From an uncultured bacterium (GTDB taxonomy: Bacteria > Babelota > Babeliae > Babelales > RVW-14): DNA of 64,000 nucleotides. Where the stretch lies: contig CAVXAT010000001.1 of NCBI GenBank assembly GCA_963759805.1, positions 224,001 through 288,000 on the forward strand. The letters are read 5' to 3'. The notes beneath the pieces were generated by a model. The model was given only the letters and a program-made list of their open reading frames with translations, was not told the DNA's origin and made no database searches. The position numbers were made by a program, and so were the translations under genes. Below, piece after piece: positions 57,051 through 64,000 of this stretch (positions are counted from its first letter, which is position 1; the number at the start of each line of letters is the position of its first letter).

Positions 57051-57893
57051 ATGAACAAAATATTAAAGTTTCTTTTTATTGGCGATGTAATCGGTCAACC
57101 CGGCTTGATGATGTTTCAAAAGTGGGTGCCCAAACTCAAAGAGCAGTACTCCATAGATGCTATAGTTGTGAATGGTGAGAATTCTGCAAAAAATGGACGC
57201 GGGATCACATTGAAAAATGTTGATTTTTTCAAGCATAATGGGGCATCGGTTATAACAACCGGTAATCATGTATGGGAAAATAGGGAATTTTACAACACCT
57301 TAAATTTAAGAGATGATGTTATTCGCCCTGCAAATTATCCGCCGGGCTGTCCAGGAAAAGGGTTTACGTTTTTTGAATTAGATGGTCATACAGTTGCTGT
57401 TATAAATTTGCACGGGAGAGTCTTTGTCAGAGACCATTTGGACTGTCCGTTCAGAACTGTTGACTCTCTTTTAACATTTATACAAACAAAAACCAACATA
57501 ATTTTTGTTGATTTTCATGCTGAGGCTACATCTGAAAAGAAGGCAATGGGGATCTATCTTGACGGAAGAGTGTCAGGTATTTTTGGAACGCATACACACA
57601 TCCAAACTGCAGATACGCAAATTCTTCCAAAAGGGAGTGCATATATTACCGATATTGGCAGCAGTGGGGCAAGGAATTCCGTTATTGGAATGCAAGCTGA
57701 TGGCATCTTGAAAAAGTTTTTGTTTTTTCAAAAAATGGGTTCAATTACAGTTGAAGATGTTGGTCCATTTGAATTAGGCGGAATCGTTGTTAATGTTGAT
57801 GCCGCTTCAGGAAGAGCTTTGTTTGTCGAACGTGTAAATATAATTGATGAAGAATTATATAAAAGTGTGGCGAGTGATAAAAAAGAGAACTGA
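57051..57893 (+). CDS. ymdB: YmdB-family metallophosphoesterase
   Basis: FIGDVIG, NGENSA, TTGNH, RPANYP, DFHAEATSEK, GTHTH. Confidence 0.92.
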   Translation: MNKILKFLFIGDVIGQPGLMMFQKWVPKLKEQYSIDAIVVNGENSAKNGRGITLKNVDFFKHNGASVITTGNHVWENREFYNTLNLRDDVIRPANYPPGCPGKGFTFFELDGHTVAVINLHGRVFVRDHLDCPFRTVDSLLTFIQTKTNIIFVDFHAEATSEKKAMGIYLDGRVSGIFGTHTHIQTADTQILPKGSAYITDIGSSGARNSVIGMQADGILKKFLFFQKMGSITVEDVGPFELGGIVVNVDAASGRALFVERVNIIDEELYKSVASDKKEN

Positions 57894-58930
57894 TGTTATT
57901 TTTCTTTTTTTTAAATCGTTTTTTTAAACAATTTGCTATTGTTTTCTTTATTATCACGGTAGTGCTGGGTGTGAGCAATCTTGTTTTGCGAATTCAAATG
58001 ATCTCAACACCAACGGGATTACTGCAAATTTTTCTTGTTATGCTGCCGCTTATGGCCATATACGCAGTACCGATTTCGGCCGGAGTTGCAGTTCAGATAG
58101 TAGTTGGGCAGCTTTTGGTTGAAGATGAGCTTGTTATCCTTAAATTTTTTAAATCGGCATACAATGCCCTATGCCTATCAGTTGTGGCTTTTGCTCTTAT
58201 ACTTACAATTTTTTACACTCCACTTGTTTTCGAATTTGCGCCGCGTAGTTATTTAATTGGAAAACAGATTATTATTGAATTGGCGAAAAAACAGTTTTAC
58301 AACTTGGAACCACAAAAGTTTCACTCTCCATACCCGGGGTTTACATTTTTCTTTAAAGATAGGCGTTATGAAGATGGTGTGCCCAAATTTAACACAATTT
58401 TTTTAGCATTCAGTAATAAACAGAATGAGCAGTTTATTTTTACGGCAAGAGAGGGTTTTTTTAGAGATAATAATGTTTTTTTACTTGATGGATCTGTCTG
58501 TACTATAAGTGCCGACAAGCGGTATTCTGCAGTATTTAAAGAATCAAATATCAATACTGACAAGTTGCTGAATCTTGAAAAGGACAATAAATCTCTAAAT
58601 GTTCTCAAATTTTGGAACGTGGCCCAATTATTTGAAAAGCTACGGCAGGATATAGAGGTTTTGTGGGAATTTTTAAAAAGAGTAGCTCAGATACTGTGGC
58701 TCTTCCTTTTCCCAATTTTAGGGATTTTTTTTATTTTTAGGTTTGGTGGCAAAAAAAGCAACTTACTGGTTGCCATCACAACAAGCGGATTGCTTTTTTT
58801 TGCTTCATATATATCAATTGCCGTTGCCCAGGCCCTGAGTGCTTATTTTATGTTATCAATGCTTATACTGTTTGGCCCGTTAATTGCCGCTGTCACAGTA
58901 AGTATTTTTTATGTTTTTTGTAAGAAATAA
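57893..58930 (+). CDS. LptF/LptG-family permease
   Basis: 3 TM + periplasmic beta-domain (TAREG) + 3 TM layout. Confidence 0.7.
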   Translation: MLFFFFLNRFFKQFAIVFFIITVVLGVSNLVLRIQMISTPTGLLQIFLVMLPLMAIYAVPISAGVAVQIVVGQLLVEDELVILKFFKSAYNALCLSVVAFALILTIFYTPLVFEFAPRSYLIGKQIIIELAKKQFYNLEPQKFHSPYPGFTFFFKDRRYEDGVPKFNTIFLAFSNKQNEQFIFTAREGFFRDNNVFLLDGSVCTISADKRYSAVFKESNINTDKLLNLEKDNKSLNVLKFWNVAQLFEKLRQDIEVLWEFLKRVAQILWLFLFPILGIFFIFRFGGKKSNLLVAITTSGLLFFASYISIAVAQALSAYFMLSMLILFGPLIAAVTVSIFYVFCKK

Positions 58931-58965
58931 AAATAATAAAAAAATAATAAATAAAAGGGAGTAAA

Positions 58966-59874
58966 ATGTTTTTAGTAGTGCTTATGTACTCAATTTTGGC
59001 TTTAACTTTTGTTTTTGCAAAAAAGACATTGGCGTATGCCCATCCATTTTTTCTTATCGGTTTTAGAATGATTTTGGCCGGAACAATTTTGCTTTTATAC
59101 CAGCGTTTTTTTAGCAAAACGAGCTTTTCAATTAATAAAAGCGATTACTGGTTATTCTTCAAAGTTGCCCTATTTCATATCTATTTTTCATTTATCTTTG
59201 AGTTCTGGTCCATGCAGTATCTTTCCGCCTTAAAAATAACAATTATATACTCAGCAACGCCCTTTGTTGCGGCAATACTGTCATATATTTTATTAAAAGA
59301 ACGTCTTTCGTGGCAAAAAATCTTAGGCATAATTATCGGACTTGGAGGCTTAGCCCCAATTTTGGCCTTGCAGGCTGGCAATGGTGGTACCACAACGCAA
59401 GGTGCGTATGTTTCATTGCCTGAGTGTGTTCTATTTTTAGCCGTTATTTCAGGAGCATACGCTTGGTTTTTGGTTAAAGAGCTTATGAATAAAGGTTATG
59501 GGCTTGGTATGATTAACGGTGTTGCAATGTTGATAGGAGGCGTTCTTAGCCTTTTTACAGCCGGAATTTTTGAAGGTTTTTCTAGTCCGGTCTCAAACTG
59601 GCCAATGTTTTTAGCCTGGCTTTCATTACTAATCTTAGCTGCCAACATTATAGTTTACAACTTCTATGGCTGGCTTTTACGTTATTACTCAATTACATTT
59701 GTTACTTTTGCCGGATTTCTTTCTCCAACATTTGGAACTGTTTATGAATGGCTGTTTTTTGGCGGAAAAATAACCTGGCACCATTTTGCATCATTAGCAC
59801 TGGTTGCACTAGGATTATATATTTTTCATAGAGAAGAGTTGTCTGCAAAAGATTTTGGGATTTCATCCCGTTGA
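58966..59874 (+). CDS. DMT/EamA-family transporter
   Basis: About 10 TM segments, FRMILAG, LLKERL. Confidence 0.85.
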   Translation: MFLVVLMYSILALTFVFAKKTLAYAHPFFLIGFRMILAGTILLLYQRFFSKTSFSINKSDYWLFFKVALFHIYFSFIFEFWSMQYLSALKITIIYSATPFVAAILSYILLKERLSWQKILGIIIGLGGLAPILALQAGNGGTTTQGAYVSLPECVLFLAVISGAYAWFLVKELMNKGYGLGMINGVAMLIGGVLSLFTAGIFEGFSSPVSNWPMFLAWLSLLILAANIIVYNFYGWLLRYYSITFVTFAGFLSPTFGTVYEWLFFGGKITWHHFASLALVALGLYIFHREELSAKDFGISSR

Positions 59875-59910
59875 GATGCAATCTCGTTGAGCCTTCAGCT
59901 CGGTGAGCTT

Positions 59911-60498
59911 TCATCTAATTCCAAGATTTTGCTTAATTATTTTGATTATATCGCTGGCAGCATCATCTAAGTTATTATTTTGCACGTGGTAGTTAAAATT
60001 TTTTTCTTTGGCTTCGCGTTCTATTTCATGTAAGGCAATTTCTAGCCGTTTTTGGACCACCTCCGGTAAGTCGGTTTTGCGTTTCTCAAGACGTTTTTGT
60101 AGCTCTTCGACACTAGAAACTGTTATCCATATTGTTACTGCATCTGGAATTATGTTTTTCTTAAAGTTATTTGCTCCATCTATATCAGTAATTATTATAA
60201 ATGATTTACCATTTTTCATGTCTTGGATGATAGACATAGGCGAACCATAGTAATAATCGGCATACTTTGTCGTTTCAAGGAAAAAACCTTGCCTTTCCCT
60301 TTTTAAAAATTCTTTTTGCGAAAGGAAATAGTAATCAACACCGTCTATCTCCCTGGGCCTTGGGGGACGGGTGGTGAATGTTATGACTCTTTCGATTGGG
60401 ATAGGTGGATTTAATTTTGAAATTACATTTGTTACGACAGATGTTTTGCCCGCTCCAGATGGGGCTGCAACAATGAATAATCGGCCTTCTTTTAACAT
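59911..60498 (-). CDS. gmk: Guanylate kinase
   Basis: APSGAGKTS, TTRPPR.REIDGVDYYF, YYGSP. Confidence 0.95.
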   Translation of the reverse strand: MLKEGRLFIVAAPSGAGKTSVVTNVISKLNPPIPIERVITFTTRPPRPREIDGVDYYFLSQKEFLKRERQGFFLETTKYADYYYGSPMSIIQDMKNGKSFIIITDIDGANNFKKNIIPDAVTIWITVSSVEELQKRLEKRKTDLPEVVQKRLEIALHEIEREAKEKNFNYHVQNNNLDDAASDIIKIIKQNLGIR

Positions 60499-60672
60499 AA
60501 AATCCTTTTTTGCTTAATCTTGTGTTTAAATTTAAAGTCTAATTCTAACTTTGTTTATTGTATAAAATGAATAATTAATAAATAAACTTGATATTTTAAC
60601 GTTAGAATCTATAATTTCCTAGCAAAGTTTTAAATTATTTCATGAGTAGAATGGCTTGCTTTAAGGAATAAT

Positions 60673-62391
60673 GTGTTTAAATATATTTTTAAAATAGCAG
60701 TGTGGACTACTGTTTTAAGTTCCAGTTTTTTGTTTGCATTTAATAAATCAAATAAAGAGATTCGTGTGGAGGATTTGCATATTTTTAATATTTTTAATAA
60801 TGCAAAAGTTGTTTTAATGGAGGATCTTGCGGCTGCAAGTCATTCGACTGAAAGTCATTCGACTGTAGGTCCTTCGACCGTAGCCCAAAAACCTTCTGAG
60901 ACAAAGCCATTTGAAAAGATGTCCTTGGATTTGGTAAAAAAAGAGATTGAATTGCTAAAAGAGATTATACAGGGGTTTAACAATGGACTTCTGCTCCTTG
61001 TTGAGTATAAATTTGTCAGTGTATGCAATTTTTTTAGGCAGCTTGATGCCATTGAACCTAGGAACATCAGGGCATTTAAACGCAAAGTAACCAAATTTGA
61101 TAATTTTATTCAGGATTATAGTTTGAAAAAAAAGAGCATGTTGGATAAGGATGAAGTTGAATTATGTGAAAAAATTTTAAACTTCAATCAAATTTTATTA
61201 ACATGCTTTTTGCGGTATGACTTTTATAATATTGATACGGTTGACAGGGTCATAGATGCCTGTTTTTTCAGGCCGGTTGAAATTATGGGTGAGTACCCAC
61301 TCGCAACCTCTGTCGTCATAGTTGTTTTATCCATTTTATTTTTTCGCTACTGTGTTTATCCTTATTTTAATAATTTTTATAATTGTGACGAAAATGGTCC
61401 GGTGGAAGATAATGGGCAGTTAAAAAAAATTGATCCAAAGAGCGTTGCCTTAGATGAGGAGCATCCAACATTAGAGAACAAAAATAGGCAAATTGATGTT
61501 GCCCAGATTAAAGTTTTTCCGCAAAACGGTAGGATGTGTGGAGCGCATGCAGCCTTTAGGTTGATAGCTTTTCATGAAAGTCATGGAGATGTAGTGCAGG
61601 CGTACAGAATTGCCAATGATGCCAAAAGATTTAATGAATGTTGTAGCCATTGGTCTGAGATTACAGGTGTAAGCAGTTTAAATGATCTTCATTCACGTCA
61701 TCTGGATACTATAATAAAAGATTATAATGTAGCCCATACGGATAATCCAATTCCTGCGGATGATTATATGATTATTGATGATAGCAAGGGGGTTCGTGAT
61801 CCTTCATCAGGGTTCTTTGCGGAAACTTATGGAATTGACGATGAGGTGGATAGCTTAGGTGTAGTGCCAGGTAAGAGGACAAGATTGAACGCGGGACGTA
61901 CGCAGTATGTTATTATTAACACAGCAGAAAATGGCGTTCCGTCAGAATTCGGGGAGCATAAAGATTCGGACAAGGCTGAACAGATGCAAGATAAAAAAGA
62001 TGAGGGCCCAAAGGACAAAGAAAAGCCCAAAGAAGGGACAGATCAAAAGCCTAAAGACGGCCAACAGTATAAAGAACAATCCAAAGAAGGTACGGTGCCG
62101 CAGCCGGAAACCGAACAATCATGGTTTGGGCAGCTGATGGATTTTATTTTTGGAAAAAACAGTGATGGTTCCGGAAATAGTGGCAGTGCAGGGAAAAATG
62201 CATCTACTGCCAAAAGAAGTAAAAAATGGTATAGGACTTCTTATGGACACTGGCTGCCATTTATGTTTGTGCCTGACCCCGGTGTCAAAGATGGGGTTAG
62301 GGTTATAATGGCCGATTCAATGGGAAATCCTGATCGAACAAGAGATCCTATTTTGACTGGATTACACAGAATGTTGGTTCACGGTTCATAA
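60673..62391 (+). CDS. Secreted/membrane hypothetical protein with a Josephin/papain-like C-terminal domain
   Basis: Signal-like N-terminus, central TM, QNGRMCGAHA...YVIIN...GHW...ADS. Confidence 0.6.
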   Translation: MFKYIFKIAVWTTVLSSSFLFAFNKSNKEIRVEDLHIFNIFNNAKVVLMEDLAAASHSTESHSTVGPSTVAQKPSETKPFEKMSLDLVKKEIELLKEIIQGFNNGLLLLVEYKFVSVCNFFRQLDAIEPRNIRAFKRKVTKFDNFIQDYSLKKKSMLDKDEVELCEKILNFNQILLTCFLRYDFYNIDTVDRVIDACFFRPVEIMGEYPLATSVVIVVLSILFFRYCVYPYFNNFYNCDENGPVEDNGQLKKIDPKSVALDEEHPTLENKNRQIDVAQIKVFPQNGRMCGAHAAFRLIAFHESHGDVVQAYRIANDAKRFNECCSHWSEITGVSSLNDLHSRHLDTIIKDYNVAHTDNPIPADDYMIIDDSKGVRDPSSGFFAETYGIDDEVDSLGVVPGKRTRLNAGRTQYVIINTAENGVPSEFGEHKDSDKAEQMQDKKDEGPKDKEKPKEGTDQKPKDGQQYKEQSKEGTVPQPETEQSWFGQLMDFIFGKNSDGSGNSGSAGKNASTAKRSKKWYRTSYGHWLPFMFVPDPGVKDGVRVIMADSMGNPDRTRDPILTGLHRMLVHGS

Positions 62392-62455
62392 AAACTTGCT
62401 ATACTTTGAACAAGAAGAAAATTTTAAGTTGGCCTGAAAAGAAATAGGTTGAAAA

Positions 62456-63916
62456 ATGAATAAGTTACCGGATATTAATAAGGATTTTACTCAGTGGTAT
62501 CAGGAGGTTATTTATCAAGCAGAGTTAGTTGACCAGAGCGAAGTTAAAGGGTGCTTTGTTTTCCGTCCATACAGTTTTGCAATTTGGGAAAACATTCAAT
62601 CAGAACTTAATAAAAAAATTAAAGAGACGGGCACGCAAAATGCGTATTTTCCGCTTTTTATTCCGGAATCATTTATAAAGCGTGAGGCAAAACATGTTGA
62701 GGGTTTTTCTCCCGAATTAGCTGTTGTTACAATTGCAGGGGGCGAAAAGTTGGAAGAGCCTTTGGTCGTACGTCCAACATCTGAAACTATTATTTATTCA
62801 ATGTTTTCCCGTTGGATAAAGTCATGGCGCGATCTGCCTTTAAAGATAAATCAGTGGGCCAACGTAGTTCGTTGGGAGATGCGAACAAGGCCATTTATTC
62901 GAAGCACCGAATTTTTGTGGCAGGAGGGGCATACTGCACACTATTCGCATGAAGAGGCTGAGCAGATGGCGGCACAGGCTTTAGATGCCTATCAAGATAT
63001 TTATGAAAATTATTTGGCTATTCCTGTTATTCGTGGGCAAAAATCAGAGTCAGAAAAATTTGCCGGCGGTGAAAAAACTTACTCGCTTGAAGGGATGATG
63101 CAGGACGGCAAAGCATTGCAGTTGTGCACATCACACATTTTGGCACAATCATTTCCGGAGGCTTTTGGAGTAAAATTTCAAGACAAAGATGGTACAATGA
63201 AAACCCCATACTGTACCAGTTGGGGATTTACCACAAGATCGATTGGTGCCATGATTATGGTCCATGGCGATCAAAACGGATTGATTATTCCTCCAAGAAT
63301 TGCACCTGTTCAGTGTGTTATTATCCCAATCTATAAAACTGATGCAGAGAAAGCTTCTGTTTTACAAAAAGCAGAGCAGATTAAGTCTCGACTTGATTCT
63401 AACGGTTTTAGGGTTGTTCTTGATGCTGACGAAAATAAAACGCCGGGTTCAAAATTTTATGAATGGGAACTCAAAGGTGTTCCTGTTCGAATTGAAATTG
63501 GGCCAAAGGATTTGGAAAAAAATCAGGCAGTTTTTGTTAATCGCGTTGAACAAGACCCAGCCTTCGCCAAGGCTTCGGCGGGCAAGCGCAAATTGAAAGA
63601 GTTCGTGCCGCTTGATTCCGTAGACGTTGCATTAAAACGAATGCTTGATTCTATTCATCAGCAGATGTTTGATCGAGCAAAAAAATTTAGATCGGAACAT
63701 TTTTATGAAGCTGAAAAATTAAAAGACTTTGGGCCCGAGCTTGATGTAAAAAATGGATTTTATAAAGTAGGGTGGTGTGGTTCCCCGGATTGTGAGGGGG
63801 AATTAAAGCAGTTTAAATCGTCGATTCGCTGCCTTTTAGAAAAAAAAGAACATGATACTTGCTTTCATTGTCAAAAATCTAGTAATTTCGAAGTCGTAGT
63901 TGCAAAGGCTTACTAA
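62456..63916 (+). CDS. proS: Proline--tRNA ligase (archaeal/eukaryotic type) with a 10-aa palindromic insertion
   Basis: HVEGFSPE, RPTSET, QWANVVRWE, EFLWQEGHT, TSWG.TTR, C-terminal zinc domain and AKAY. Confidence 0.97.
   Translation: MNKLPDINKDFTQWYQEVIYQAELVDQSEVKGCFVFRPYSFAIWENIQSELNKKIKETGTQNAYFPLFIPESFIKREAKHVEGFSPELAVVTIAGGEKLEEPLVVRPTSETIIYSMFSRWIKSWRDLPLKINQWANVVRWEMRTRPFIRSTEFLWQEGHTAHYSHEEAEQMAAQALDAYQDIYENYLAIPVIRGQKSESEKFAGGEKTYSLEGMMQDGKALQLCTSHILAQSFPEAFGVKFQDKDGTMKTPYCTSWGFTTRSIGAMIMVHGDQNGLIIPPRIAPVQCVIIPIYKTDAEKASVLQKAEQIKSRLDSNGFRVVLDADENKTPGSKFYEWELKGVPVRIEIGPKDLEKNQAVFVNRVEQDPAFAKASAGKRKLKEFVPLDSVDVALKRMLDSIHQQMFDRAKKFRSEHFYEAEKLKDFGPELDVKNGFYKVGWCGSPDCEGELKQFKSSIRCLLEKKEHDTCFHCQKSSNFEVVVAKAY
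63557..63586 (+). repeat. Type-B REP-like element in frame in proS (PAFAKASAGK)
   Basis: CCAGCCTTCGCCAAGGCTTCGGCGGGCAAG, 30 bp. Confidence 0.88.
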
Positions 63917-64000
63917 ACCTGTACTAGTTTTTTTACGTGAAACTTAGAGGGGTAAAGGTATCATGCAAGATCAAAGTGGTGCGATAGATTATTATGCCAA

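Overview
This is an AT-rich bacterial chromosome segment. Its gene content suggests a host-dependent, protist-associated lineage such as Candidatus Babeliae/Dependentiae (TM6); this is inference, not a database result. The housekeeping backbone is rpiB, sbcC, rodA, alaS, ABC-F, MATE, CapA-like, ssb, dnaK, carD, miaA, ppiD-like, recA, infC-rpmI-rplT, zapB-zapA-rny-ymdB, lptF-like, gmk and proS, with three tRNAs (Ile-GAT, Ala-TGC, Ala-CGC). Notable accessory features: (1) An 18-kb array of secreted beta-helix-like/WD40-propeller proteins, including a 3884-aa giant with a hendecad-repeat stalk. (2) An IS110 element inserted at a CT core inside a REP-like hairpin; its left end contains a readable bridge RNA with target and donor guide segments, and circularisation would create a sigma70 promoter. 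(3) Short palindromic REP/RPE-like repeats that nest inside each other, sit in frame inside AlaRS, ProRS and MiaA, coincide with a frame break in an ABC-F gene, and flank a small GIY-YIG nuclease as a perfect 47-bp inverted pair (candidate mobiliser). (4) A repeat-delimited cassette after ssb with a signal-peptide MutS-like ATPase and an ATAD3-like AAA+ protein that share a conserved C-terminal peptide. (5) A Josephin-like cysteine-protease candidate. All calls come from reading the sequence and supplied ORFs by eye; no searches were run.
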